Source of the DNA: Patescibacteria group bacterium
Lineage (GTDB): Bacteria; Patescibacteriota; Patescibacteriia; UBA9934; GWF2-40-263
Length of the DNA stretch: 64,000 nt
Assembly (NCBI GenBank): GCA_004297215.1
Contig: SCUM01000001.1
Coordinates: 400-64,399 of the forward strand
Direction of reading: 5' to 3'
The translations under genes were made by a program, and so were the position numbers. The notes under the pieces are model-generated. The model was not told where the DNA came from and ran no database searches. It was given only the letters and a program-made list of their open reading frames with translations. The stretch's first letter is position 1, and every line of letters begins with the position of its first letter. This document shows, piece after piece, positions 34,440 through 43,368 of the stretch.

Positions 34440-35273
34440 ATGAGCATCCTCATCTTCGGCAAAGGGTTCGTGGGAAACCGCTGCGCGGCCGCGTGGAGCG
34501 ACGCCGTGCTTTCGGACGCGCGCGTGACGGACAAGGAAAGCGCTTTGGCGGAAATTCGGCGCGTGAAGCCCGACGCGGTGCTGAACGCCGCCGGGGTGAA
34601 AGGGAAGCCCAACGTGGACTGGTGCGACAGCCATCGGATGGAAACGATCCTCGGCAACACGCTCGAGCCGATCGTGCTTGCGCAGGCGTGTCAGGAAGCC
34701 GGTGTCTACCTGCTGCATGTCGGTTCCGGCTGTATCTTTTACGGCGACAGCCCGCATTCGGACCGAGCCTGGCGCGAAGACGATTTTGGCAACCCGCGCC
34801 CGACGTACAGCCGCGCGAAGTGGGCGGCGGACCTCGTCCTTTCGACCTTGCCCAACGTCGCCATCGCAAGGATCCGCATGCCCATCGACCATGTCCCGAA
34901 TCCGGGCAACCTGCTGCAAAAGCTGGCGGCGTACCCCAAGGTGATCGACGTGGAGAATTCCATCACCGTGGTGGACGACATGGTGTCCGTGTTCCGCCAG
35001 CTCATGGAACAGAAGGCGCCCGGCATCTTCCATGTGACCAATCCGGGAACCGTGAGGCACAAGGAGATTCTCGGACTGTACAAAGAGTTGGTCGATCCCG
35101 GCCATTCGTGCGAGTGGATTTCCGAAGCGGACCTGGTCGGTCAGGGGTTAGCGACGAAAGCGCGCTCGAACAATTTCCTCGCCTCTACGCGGCTCGCCGA
35201 GTTCGGCATCGCGATGCGGCCGGTCAAGGAGGCGTTACGGGATACGGTTGAAAAATTCGCTCGGGCGTCGTAG
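34440..35273 (+). CDS. rfbD: dTDP-4-dehydrorhamnose reductase (RmlD-like)
   Basis: MSILIFGKGFVGNR... plus the RmlD-type substrate-binding domain; 277 aa. Confidence 0.7.
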   Translation: MSILIFGKGFVGNRCAAAWSDAVLSDARVTDKESALAEIRRVKPDAVLNAAGVKGKPNVDWCDSHRMETILGNTLEPIVLAQACQEAGVYLLHVGSGCIFYGDSPHSDRAWREDDFGNPRPTYSRAKWAADLVLSTLPNVAIARIRMPIDHVPNPGNLLQKLAAYPKVIDVENSITVVDDMVSVFRQLMEQKAPGIFHVTNPGTVRHKEILGLYKELVDPGHSCEWISEADLVGQGLATKARSNNFLASTRLAEFGIAMRPVKEALRDTVEKFARAS

Positions 35274-35285
35274 GGTTTGTCCGGT

Positions 35286-36368
35286 ATGAAAGCGCTCATC
35301 GCGGCGGGAGGGCGGGCCACGCGGCTGCGGCCCATCACCTGGACAACGAATAAGCACCTGATCCCGCTTGCCAACAAGCCCATGTTGGCGCACGTGATCG
35401 AGAAAATCGTGGAGGCGGGGATCACGGACATCATCGTGAACGTGAACCCAGGGGAAGTCGAGTCCATGTCGGCCGTCCTCGGAGACGGTTCAGCGTTCGG
35501 CGCGAAGCTCACCTATCTCGAACAGGTCGGCGGCGCGAAAGGGGTCGCGCACGTCGTCGCGAACGCCGAGGCGCACCTGAAAGGGGAGCGATTCCTGTTT
35601 TTTCTCGGCGACAACATCATCCTCGGGAGCATCAAGAAGTTCGTGGAGCGGTTCGAGGCCGAGAAGCTCGACTGCATGCTCGCCTTCTCGCGCGTGAAGG
35701 ACCCGGCTCGCTTCGGCGTGCCGGAGTTCGACGCGGCAGGGAATCTCGTGCGCGTCGTGGAGAAGCCGGAGCACCCGCCAAGCCCGTTCGCGGTGACCGG
35801 CATCTACCTGTACGACGAGCGGTTCTTCGACGCGTTCAAGACGATCCAGCCGTCCGCGCGCGGCGAGTACGAGATTTCCGACGTGAACTCCTGGTACGTG
35901 AAAAACGGGAAGGTCGGGTACGAGGAGATCACCGGTTGGTGGAAGGACACGGGGACGCCCGACGCGCTGCTCGAAGGCAACGCGCTCATCATGGACGACC
36001 TTGCACGCGATCAGTTCCGCGTCGATGCCGACATCCCCGACTCGTCGCAGGTTCAAGGATTAGTGAGCATCGGCAAGGGGACGGCGATCGGTGCGGACGT
36101 ACTCATCCGCGGCCCGGTGGTGATCGGCAAGGATTGCGTGTTGGAGCATTGCTACGTCGGCCCGTATACGGCGATCGGCGACGGGTGCACGGTGAAGAAC
36201 GCCGAGCTCGAGCACTCCGTGCTGTTCCCCGGTGCCCGGGTGGAAACCGGGCGGCGCATCGTGAACTCGCTGCTCGGCTTCAACGCGACCGTGTCGGATT
36301 CGCGCGAGACGCATCCCAAGAGCGGGCATCGGATGGTGGTGGGGGATGATAGTTTGGTGGAGTTGTAA
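35286..36368 (+). CDS. rfbA: Glucose-1-phosphate thymidylyltransferase, long form (nucleotidyltransferase plus C-terminal left-handed beta-helix)
   Basis: MKALIAAGGRATRLRPITWTTNKHLIPLANKPM; 360 aa long form. An in-frame TTG lies at 35277. Confidence 0.75.
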   Translation: MKALIAAGGRATRLRPITWTTNKHLIPLANKPMLAHVIEKIVEAGITDIIVNVNPGEVESMSAVLGDGSAFGAKLTYLEQVGGAKGVAHVVANAEAHLKGERFLFFLGDNIILGSIKKFVERFEAEKLDCMLAFSRVKDPARFGVPEFDAAGNLVRVVEKPEHPPSPFAVTGIYLYDERFFDAFKTIQPSARGEYEISDVNSWYVKNGKVGYEEITGWWKDTGTPDALLEGNALIMDDLARDQFRVDADIPDSSQVQGLVSIGKGTAIGADVLIRGPVVIGKDCVLEHCYVGPYTAIGDGCTVKNAELEHSVLFPGARVETGRRIVNSLLGFNATVSDSRETHPKSGHRMVVGDDSLVEL

Positions 36369-36514
36369 TGAAAAACTTGAAGAACCAAAACTTGAAGGGC
36401 CAAACGTCGTTCGAAAGGAAGAAGGTGGAAAGGATGAAATTTGAACTTCGTCCCTTTCGGTCTTCAACCTTTCACGTCCCCTTTGGTCCTTCAAGTTTTG
36501 GCCCTTCAAGTTTT
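36369..36514. repeat. Imperfect palindromic element related to the AAAACTTGAA family, between convergent genes
   Basis: aaaacttgaagaaccaaaacttgaagggccaaa pairs with tttggtccttcaagttttggcccttcaagtttt. An inner imperfect inverted repeat gaaaggaagaaggtggaaagg/cctttcggtcttcaacctttc is also present. Confidence 0.55.
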
Positions 36515-37625
36515 ATCGTTGCAACGGTCGCGCGTACAGCCCATGCACCCCATCCACTTCCCCGAACACGTACATCGTGCGCCATTTCGGATCCACCCAC
36601 GGCGTGCCCAAGCCCGATCCTTCCATGAGCCTGGTCACGACATGGCCGCCGCGCGGATCGAGCTCGATGGCGCTCACCCCCGCGTCCTGCACGAACAGGG
36701 CGGTGGTCCCGGACGGATGCCACGCGAGCGTCCGGACGAGGGTCTCCTGTCGCGAGAGCTCCAGGTCCGTCCCGATTTCCGCGTCGAACACGTCGAGCCG
36801 AAACCCGTCGGTGTAGAGGAGGCGTTCGCCGTACCAGGCGAACGAGCGCATCACGGCGTCGAGCACGACGGGCATGTCCGGCTCGTGCAGGTCGATGAGG
36901 CGCGCCTGCCCCGTGACGCGCTCGCGCAGGAGCGCGAACCCGTCCGGCGCGTCCTCGAACCGCCATGCGCCTCCTTCTTCCCACCACTCTTGCCGCCCCG
37001 GGACGCGCGCGGCCGGGGCCGCGGCGCCGGTCTGCGTGTCGATGAGCGTCACGCCGGCCTTGCCCGACTCTCGGAGCGCGAGGTGCGATCCGTCCGGCGA
37101 CAGGGAAAGCGAAAGGACCTGGTCGGATGCCGGGATGCGCGAGAGAAGGCGCCTGCTCGCGGTCTCCGGTTCCATCACCCAGGTCTCGAGCCAACCGCCT
37201 TCGCGGATGGTGTAGGCGAAGCGTCCGGCTTGCGGCGCCGCTTCGGCCACGGTCGGGGAGACGAACGTCGGGAGAGGCGCGGCATCGAGGTACAGAAGCG
37301 TGCCATGGGCGAAGGCGGTGCGACGGCTTTCCACCACGAGGCGCTTTTCCCAGGGGAGATAGCCGTCCTTGCGCAGCGTGAGCACGTGCTCGCCCGGGCT
37401 CACGTCATCCACGACCGACGGGGTGGAGGCCCCGACCGGCTGCCCGTCCACGGCGACATCGGCTCCTTTGGGGATGGTCGACACCGAGATGAGGCCCGTT
37501 TGGACCACGTCGCCCGTGTGCCAGTTGAGACGGTAGCCGGCCGTGAACAGCACCACGGACGGGGCCGAGACGAGGAACGCCAGCAGGAACGCCGCGTAGA
37601 GCAGTTTTCTCCGCCCGGGAGCCAT
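36513..37625 (-). CDS. PEGA-domain membrane-anchored protein with a C-terminal beta-propeller-like domain
   Basis: N-terminal TM helix, then TIPKGADVAVDGQPVGASTPSVVDDVSPGEHVLTLRKDGYLPWEKRLVV (PEGA). Confidence 0.6.
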   Translation of the reverse strand: MAPGRRKLLYAAFLLAFLVSAPSVVLFTAGYRLNWHTGDVVQTGLISVSTIPKGADVAVDGQPVGASTPSVVDDVSPGEHVLTLRKDGYLPWEKRLVVESRRTAFAHGTLLYLDAAPLPTFVSPTVAEAAPQAGRFAYTIREGGWLETWVMEPETASRRLLSRIPASDQVLSLSLSPDGSHLALRESGKAGVTLIDTQTGAAAPAARVPGRQEWWEEGGAWRFEDAPDGFALLRERVTGQARLIDLHEPDMPVVLDAVMRSFAWYGERLLYTDGFRLDVFDAEIGTDLELSRQETLVRTLAWHPSGTTALFVQDAGVSAIELDPRGGHVVTRLMEGSGLGTPWVDPKWRTMYVFGEVDGVHGLYARPLQR

Positions 37626-37667
37626 ACACGGGGCATCCTAGCCGATTTGGCGCGATTCGGGTATCTT

Positions 37668-38894
37668 ATGTCCATTATGCGACCGCTTTCCCGTTCGGTT
37701 TCCCTCATCGGTTTGCTGCTCTTTGGCGTGTTCCTGTTCACCTCCGGGCTGTTCCTCGGCCGAGAGCAGGGGGCGCGCGCTGCGGTGCCCGAAGGCGAGG
37801 GCCGCGTGCTAAACCAGGGCGACGTGCCGTCTTCCTTGTCCGACGACGTGGATTTCCGCCAGTTCTGGGACGTGTGGAACCTGGTGAAGGAGTCGTACGT
37901 GCATCAGCCGGTCTCCGACAAGATGCTGTATTACGGCGCCATGCACGGGCTGGTTTCCGGCGTGGCCGACCCGTATACCACGTACTTCGATCCGGACGAA
38001 GCGCAGGATTTCACCTCGAACCTGGAAGGGAGCTTCCAGGGGATCGGCGCGGAAATCGGCATCAAGGACGAGGCGCTGGTCATCGTGGCGCCTCTTCCCG
38101 AGACGCCGGCCGAGAAGGCGGGGCTCAAGACCGGCGACCGCATCCTGCTCATCGACGGGGAGGATACTTACGGGATGGCGGTCGAGGAGGCCGTTTCCCG
38201 CATCCGGGGGCCCAAGGGGAGCACGGTCACGCTCACGATCGGCCGGGATGGGGCGACGGAGGCGTTCGAGGTGAAGATCGTGCGCGACAAGATCGTGGTG
38301 AAGAGCGTCCGTTCCGAGATCACGGACGGCATCGCGACCGTCGCGATCCACACCTTCAACGACGATACGGTGGGCCTGTTCAACGACGCCGTGAACGACG
38401 CCTTGTCAAAACAGGCGCATGGCCTCATCCTCGACCTGCGCGGCGACCCGGGCGGCCTCCTCAACGCGGCGATCGGCGTGGCCTCCGCCTGGGTGGGGTA
38501 TGACACGGTGGTCATCGAGAAGGGGCAGGACGTGAGCCAGTCGTTCCACGGGGTGAGCGCGCCCCGCCTCGCCGACATGCCCACCGTGGTGCTCGTGAAC
38601 GGCGGGAGCGCGAGCGCGTCCGAGATCGTGGCGGGCGCCTTGCAGGACTACGGGTTCGCCACCCTCGTGGGCACCCAGACGTTCGGCAAGGGGTCGGTCC
38701 AGGATTACCGCGACCTGCCGGACGGCAGCGCCGTGAAGATCACGGTGGCCGAGTGGTACACCCCGAACGGGCGCACCATCCATGAGACCGGCATCACCCC
38801 GGACCACCTCGTCGAATTCACGCAAGCCGACTCCGATGCCAAACGCGACCCACAAACGGCGAAAGCCCTCGAGATCCTCTCCGCGCAGCGCTAG
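37668..38894 (+). CDS. ctpA: Carboxy-terminal processing protease (S41, Ctp/Prc family) with a PDZ domain
   Basis: GDRILLIDGEDTYGM (PDZ) and LILDLRGDPGGLLNAA...NGGSASASEIVAGALQDY (S41 Ser/Lys region). The upstream 410 codons of ORF 36441.. are antisense to the PEGA gene. Confidence 0.75.
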   Translation: MSIMRPLSRSVSLIGLLLFGVFLFTSGLFLGREQGARAAVPEGEGRVLNQGDVPSSLSDDVDFRQFWDVWNLVKESYVHQPVSDKMLYYGAMHGLVSGVADPYTTYFDPDEAQDFTSNLEGSFQGIGAEIGIKDEALVIVAPLPETPAEKAGLKTGDRILLIDGEDTYGMAVEEAVSRIRGPKGSTVTLTIGRDGATEAFEVKIVRDKIVVKSVRSEITDGIATVAIHTFNDDTVGLFNDAVNDALSKQAHGLILDLRGDPGGLLNAAIGVASAWVGYDTVVIEKGQDVSQSFHGVSAPRLADMPTVVLVNGGSASASEIVAGALQDYGFATLVGTQTFGKGSVQDYRDLPDGSAVKITVAEWYTPNGRTIHETGITPDHLVEFTQADSDAKRDPQTAKALEILSAQR

Positions 38895-38925
38895 GCGGCG
38901 CCCGGGAGAACGGTTCGAGCGCGAA

Positions 38926-39357
38926 GTGAGCGCGGGCGGCCTCGTGTTCAAACGCACGCCGCGCGGCGTGCGGTTCGCGCTCATGAAGGATTCCTACGGC
39001 AAATGGGCGTTCCCCAAAGGCCACGTGGAACCGGATGAGACCCGCGAACAGGCCGCGGCGCGCGAGACGCTCGAGGAGCTCGGGCTCGATGAGGTGCGAC
39101 TGCTCGAATACCTGGGCGCCATCGACATCTGGTTCCGCGACCGGTTCGAAAAGAAAGGGACGCTGATCCACAAGGACATCCACTACTTCCTGTTCGAGAC
39201 CGCGGAAGACGCCGAACTGCATCCCGATCCGGAACAGCATGCGTATGACGCGCGCTGGGTGGCCCCCGGGAAGCTCATCGAATCGTCAAGTTACAAGGAC
39301 ATGGAACCGGTCATCAAGCGGGCGCTCGGGTTCATCTCGGCCTTGCATCGCGGATGA
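38926..39357 (+). CDS. NUDIX hydrolase
   Basis: Nudix box GHVEPDETREQAAARETLEELG. The start is uncertain (GTG at 38926, or a later ATG). Confidence 0.55.
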   Translation: MSAGGLVFKRTPRGVRFALMKDSYGKWAFPKGHVEPDETREQAAARETLEELGLDEVRLLEYLGAIDIWFRDRFEKKGTLIHKDIHYFLFETAEDAELHPDPEQHAYDARWVAPGKLIESSSYKDMEPVIKRALGFISALHRG

Positions 39358-39415
39358 CGGATTTCCAGGGCTTTGCTATAGTGTTTTCGTTAGAACTAAC
39401 TTATCCACAAGCGAT

Positions 39416-39697
39416 ATGGGGAAGATGACCAAGAGTCAGACGCTGACGGCCATGGCGGAGGCCACCGGCATGTCCAAGAAAGACGTCGGCACGTTCATGG
39501 AAAAGCTGGTCATGCTCGCCTACAAGGAGTGCAAGGGCAACGGGGAGTTCACGATCCCGGGCCTGGGCAAGCTCGTGAAGGCGCACAGCAAGGCGCGCAT
39601 GGGCCGCAACCCGGCCACGGGCGAGGCGATCTCGATCCCGGCCAAGACCAAGGTGAAGTTCCGCGTGGCCAAGGCCGCGAAGGACTCCATCCTGTAA
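39416..39697 (+). CDS. hup: HU/IHF-family nucleoid-associated DNA-binding protein
   Basis: FTIPGLGKLVKAHSKARMGRNPATGEAISIPAKTKVKFRVAKA; TATAGT about 35 nt upstream. Confidence 0.8.
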   Translation: MGKMTKSQTLTAMAEATGMSKKDVGTFMEKLVMLAYKECKGNGEFTIPGLGKLVKAHSKARMGRNPATGEAISIPAKTKVKFRVAKAAKDSIL

Positions 39698-39699
39698 AC

Positions 39700-39745
39700 C
39701 GAGGACAGGACCGCCTCCCCATTGACGGGGAGGCGGTTTTTTGGT
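39700..39745 (+). terminator. Strong rho-independent terminator (accgcctcccc-attgac-ggggaggcggt, then tttttgg)
   Basis: Perfect 11-bp stem followed by a T-run. Confidence 0.8.
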
Positions 39746-39784
39746 ATGGTGCGGCGTCCATTCAATTCAAGGAGGAGGTGCGGA

Positions 39785-40144
39785 TTGGATCCCGACGACA
39801 TCGATCTTCTTGCCCACGTCCGGAAGCAGCTCGAACGGCCCAACGAGGACATTCTCGAAGCCGTCCGCAGGCGAGGGGTGCCCAACCTGCCGGATCCCAT
39901 GGCCGGGGAAGCCCGCGCGTCGTTCGAAACGGGCCTTACCCAATGCAAAAAGGCGATCCTCAAGCGGGTGGACGAGAAGGATTTCGTCCGTGCCCTCGCC
40001 TTGCTCACGGCCTACGCCGGGACGCTCGTGCGCGACTACGGCCCCGCCGCCGGGACGGAGCATACGCCTTCGGAGGTCGACGCGACCAGGCAATGGCTCG
40101 CCGCGCTCATGCTGGACATCAGCGTCCTGAAGAAGGGATCCTGA
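39785..40144 (+). CDS. Hypothetical protein (about 119 aa)
   Basis: TTG start 6 nt after a canonical AAGGAGGAGG. An upstream in-frame ATG lies inside the terminator and was rejected. Confidence 0.4.
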   Translation: MDPDDIDLLAHVRKQLERPNEDILEAVRRRGVPNLPDPMAGEARASFETGLTQCKKAILKRVDEKDFVRALALLTAYAGTLVRDYGPAAGTEHTPSEVDATRQWLAALMLDISVLKKGS

Positions 40145-40147
40145 TGC

Positions 40148-40185
40148 CCGGCGCCGATACGCTCGGCGCCTTTTTCTTTTTTCGG
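40148..40185 (+). terminator. Rho-independent terminator (ggcgccga-tacgc-tcggcgcc, then tttttcttttttcgg)
   Basis: Perfect 8-bp stem followed by a T-run. Confidence 0.75.
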
Positions 40186-40205
40186 CAATCTGCCAAGATT
40201 CCCCC

Positions 40206-41306
40206 ATGCGATCCGACACCCGCGTCCGCGCCATCCTCGTGGACCTCATCCATCCCCGGATGCTCCCCGAGCATGCGCTTGACCGCCTTTCGGAGCTCGA
40301 GGAGCTCACGCGCACCTACGGCGGCATCGTGGTGGTGAAGGCATACCAGCGCCGGTTCAACCCGCATCCGAGGACCTTCCTGGGGCCCGGCAAGGTGACG
40401 GACCTGGCGGAAGAGGGAAAGGCGCTCGGGGCCAAGCTCCTCGTGGTGAACGACCGGCTCAAGCCCCAGCAGGCGTACAACGTCGAGCAGATGCTCAAAG
40501 GGACGGGCATTGCCGTGTGGGACCGCCTTGACCTCATCCTCAAGATCTTCGCGCGTCACGCGCGCACCACCGAGGCCAAGCTCGAAATCGAGCTTGCGAG
40601 CGTCCGGCACATGGGGCCGCGCATCTTCGGGATGGGGATGGAACTTTCGCGCCAGGGCGGCGGCACGGGCACGCGCGGGGTGGGCGAGACCAACATCGAG
40701 CGCATGAAGCGCCACCTGCGCGAGAAGGAGCGGCGCATCAAGGAGAAGCTCGAGACGCATCACGGCGTGCGCAAGACGCACCAGCAGGGCCGCAAGCGCA
40801 GCGGGTTCAAGACGGTCGCGGTCGTCGGGTACACGAACGCGGGCAAGACCACGCTCCTCAATGCCCTTACGGGTCGCAAGGAATACGCGGCCGACGAGTT
40901 GTTCGCCACGCTCGATACGCGCGTGGGCAAGCTGTATCTCCCGCGCGCGGGCCGCGAGGCGCTCGTTTCCGACACGATCGGGTTCATCAAGCAACTGCCG
41001 CCCGAGCTCTTGAACGCGTTCGCCTCGACATTGTCAGAAGCGGTCGAAGCGGACCTGTTGCTCCATGTCGTGGACGGGTCCGACGCGCACGCCCCGGCGC
41101 ACGTGAAGGTAGTGGATGAGATCCTCATCCGCCTCGGGGCTGCGGACATTCCCAGGCTCATGGTCATCAACAAGGCGGACGCGATGGGGTCCGCCGCGCC
41201 CGTGCCGCTCTCGCGCGCGCTCGACGGCCGACGAAAGGTGCTCGTGTCGGCGGAGACCGGCGGCGGCATCCCGGAGCTCGTCGCGAAGATCGACGGCATG
41301 CTCTGA
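40206..41306 (+). CDS. hflX: GTPase HflX
   Basis: HflX N-terminal domain plus G-domain GYTNAGKTTLLNALTG, DTIGF and NKAD. Confidence 0.85.
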   Translation: MRSDTRVRAILVDLIHPRMLPEHALDRLSELEELTRTYGGIVVVKAYQRRFNPHPRTFLGPGKVTDLAEEGKALGAKLLVVNDRLKPQQAYNVEQMLKGTGIAVWDRLDLILKIFARHARTTEAKLEIELASVRHMGPRIFGMGMELSRQGGGTGTRGVGETNIERMKRHLREKERRIKEKLETHHGVRKTHQQGRKRSGFKTVAVVGYTNAGKTTLLNALTGRKEYAADELFATLDTRVGKLYLPRAGREALVSDTIGFIKQLPPELLNAFASTLSEAVEADLLLHVVDGSDAHAPAHVKVVDEILIRLGAADIPRLMVINKADAMGSAAPVPLSRALDGRRKVLVSAETGGGIPELVAKIDGML

Positions 41307-41312
41307 CAAAAA

Positions 41313-41343
41313 CGAAAACGGGCCGTGAGGCCCGTTTCTTCGC
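41313..41343. terminator. Bidirectional terminator between hflX (+) and rpmB (-): aacgggcc-gtga-ggcccgtt
   Basis: Perfect 8-bp stem. On the minus strand it is followed by ttttcgttttt. Confidence 0.6.
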
Positions 41344-41345
41344 GT

Positions 41346-41579
41346 TTAGCATTCCGCTTTCATCTGGCTCAAGTCGTAGACTTTGCCTTCTTTTCCCCAC
41401 TTCTTGAGGGTGCGCAACCCGCGGTTGCTGATGAACACCTTCACCATGCGGCCCGTGGCCGGGTTGAGAAGGCTGCGCTTGGTGACCGAAGGGTACACCC
41501 AGCGCTTGGTGTGGCGGTTGCTGTGGCTCACGTTGAAGCCGCTGACGGGGGTTTTGCCGGTGACGATGCAGGCAGGCAT
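41346..41579 (-). CDS. rpmB: 50S ribosomal protein L28
   Basis: MPACIVTGKTPVSGFNVSHSNRHTKRW...RMVKVFISNRGLRTL matches the L28 family. The upstream in-frame Pro-rich extension was rejected. Confidence 0.8.
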   Translation of the reverse strand: MPACIVTGKTPVSGFNVSHSNRHTKRWVYPSVTKRSLLNPATGRMVKVFISNRGLRTLKKWGKEGKVYDLSQMKAEC

Positions 41580-41640
41580 AGGAGGTTGGTTTGTCGGGAG
41601 TGTAGGGGAAGGGAGGGAATTTGGCAAGGGAGGTGAGGGA

Positions 41641-41753
41641 AGGACCAAGGTCTGAAGAACCAAGGACCAAAGAAAACGTGAAAGGTCGAAGGAGAAAAGA
41701 GAAAGTTTCCTTTGGTCCTTTTAAAACCTTAAATCCTTGGTCCTTTTCGTTAT
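41641..41753. repeat. Nested imperfect palindromic element (GGACCAAAG / CTTTGGTCC, GGACCAAGG / CCTTGGTCC) in the divergent rpmB/41772 promoter region
   Basis: It shares GGTCCTTCAAGTTTT-type sub-units with the 7774 and 36369 elements and is AT-rich. Confidence 0.45.
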
Positions 41754-41771
41754 GGTATTATTCCCCCCACT

Positions 41772-42143
41772 ATGTCTGATACCTCTCGCCTCCAAGAGCT
41801 CCTGAACGAGATCCGCACCAAGAAACGTCGCGTCAAGGAGATCAAGGATGCCATCAAGGACGAGCTTTCCCAACATGAGCGCTACGCCACCGTGAAGGAG
41901 GAGATGGATACGCTCAAGGCCGAGAAAAAGGGGATCGAGAATGCTGTCCGGGAGAAAGCTCCCAAGGAGAGCGCCGAGCTCGAGGACCTCGTCACGGAAA
42001 TCAAGGCCGACGAGGAGCTGCTCTCGGACCTCGCCATGAACATGATCATGAAGAACGAGTCGATAGAGCTCGTGGACGAGGAAAAGAACAAGTACGTCCC
42101 GCAGCTCATCGTGAAGTTCAAGAAGGACGGGTTCGCGGAGTAA
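41772..42143 (+). CDS. Hypothetical coiled-coil protein (123 aa, Lys/Glu-rich)
   Basis: Heptad-like charged repeats; no recognised domain. Confidence 0.4.
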   Translation: MSDTSRLQELLNEIRTKKRRVKEIKDAIKDELSQHERYATVKEEMDTLKAEKKGIENAVREKAPKESAELEDLVTEIKADEELLSDLAMNMIMKNESIELVDEEKNKYVPQLIVKFKKDGFAE

Positions 42144-42230
42144 ACTTATCCACCCTTGACGGTTGTCGAAAGGACGGGTATCTTTCGCCAACCGTTTCGT
42201 TTTGAGACGGGATGAAGAAGGGGTCCAGCC

Positions 42231-42530
42231 TTGCACACCCACATCACGTTCCCGCCCAAGCCCTCCCGGAGCAAGAACGATCCGCTCGAGCCGCACGTCG
42301 TCGCGAGCCTGGTCAAGAAGAAGGGGGCGGTGGTCAGCAATGACGACCGCATCAACGCCTTGAGGGCGTTCGCCAAGCACCCGGTGCGCAACGTCGCGGA
42401 GCAGAGGGCGTATCGGATCATCATGAACGGCGGCGCCGAGCTCGACGACAAGACCCGTCGCGAGATCAGGAAGGACGCGGCCGCCACGGGCAACCACGGC
42501 ATCGTCGACCTGATTGACAAGCACCTCTGA
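42231..42530 (+). CDS. Small hypothetical protein (99 aa)
   Basis: ORF only; weak call. Confidence 0.3.
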   Translation: MHTHITFPPKPSRSKNDPLEPHVVASLVKKKGAVVSNDDRINALRAFAKHPVRNVAEQRAYRIIMNGGAELDDKTRREIRKDAAATGNHGIVDLIDKHL

Positions 42531-42622
42531 GATCCTCGCGCCACGACTTCGTCGTCGCGCCCACGGTCCGACCCGTCACGGGGTTCGGACCTCTTTTCTT
42601 TTCGTGTTACAATGCCGGGGTT

Positions 42623-43366
42623 ATGCCCAGGAGGAAGAAGACACCCCCACCGGACGTGATGCGCGGCCGCATTTGCCGTGTCCCGTTGCCCGCCGACGAA
42701 TCCGCCGTGCCGTCGTTGCGCACCCCGATGCCGATGCACGAGATCACCTGGCGCATCTTCCGCATCATGGCGGAGTTCGTGGAGGGGTTCCAGTTCATCT
42801 CCTCGTTCTCGCGCGAGGTCACCGTGTTCGGCTCCGCGCGGCTCCCCGAGACGGACCGATGGTACAAGGAGGCCCGCAAGCTCGGCGGGATGCTCGCGGA
42901 GTGCGGGTTCACGGTGATCACCGGCGGAGGCCCCGGCATCATGGAGGCGGCCAACCGCGGCGCGCACGAGCACAAGGGCGAGTCGGTGGGGCTCAACATC
43001 CAGCTCCCCAACGAGCAGCGCATCAACCCGTGGGTGAAGAAGGGGCGCGGGTTCCATTATTTCTTCACGCGCAAGGTGATGCTCGCGGCCTCCGCGCAGG
43101 CGTACGTGTTCTTCCCGGGCGGGTTCGGCACGCTCGACGAGATGTTCGAGATGATCACGCTGGTGCAGACGGGCAAGTCCGCAAGCCTGCCGGTCGTCCT
43201 TGTCGGCAGGAGATTCTGGCAACCGCTTCTTACGTGGATCAGCCAGTCCATCGTGGCCGAGGGGATGATCGACGCCGACGACCAAAAGCTTTACCGCCTG
43301 GTGGATACCGCCGAGGAGGCGTTCGACATCATCCAGGCGGAGTCGAAGGAGCGAAGCTTTTTCTAG
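42623..43366 (+). CDS. LOG-family protein (cytokinin riboside 5'-monophosphate phosphoribohydrolase-like / TIGR00730)
   Basis: TVITGGGPGIMEAANRGA...VFFPGGFGTLDEMFE. Confidence 0.75.
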   Translation: MPRRKKTPPPDVMRGRICRVPLPADESAVPSLRTPMPMHEITWRIFRIMAEFVEGFQFISSFSREVTVFGSARLPETDRWYKEARKLGGMLAECGFTVITGGGPGIMEAANRGAHEHKGESVGLNIQLPNEQRINPWVKKGRGFHYFFTRKVMLAASAQAYVFFPGGFGTLDEMFEMITLVQTGKSASLPVVLVGRRFWQPLLTWISQSIVAEGMIDADDQKLYRLVDTAEEAFDIIQAESKERSFF

Positions 43367-43368
43367 GT

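Noticed and set aside
36441-38894. 817-aa ORF that would fuse 410 upstream codons to the Ctp protease
   Set aside because: The upstream portion is antisense to the PEGA-domain gene and is Arg/Gly-rich. The protease signal anchor starts at the in-frame Met at 37668.
39722-39784. Upstream in-frame start codons (TTG 39722, ATG 39746) for the 39785 gene
   Set aside because: They lie inside the HU terminator hairpin and T-run. The TTG at 39785 has a textbook AAGGAGGAGG 6 nt upstream.
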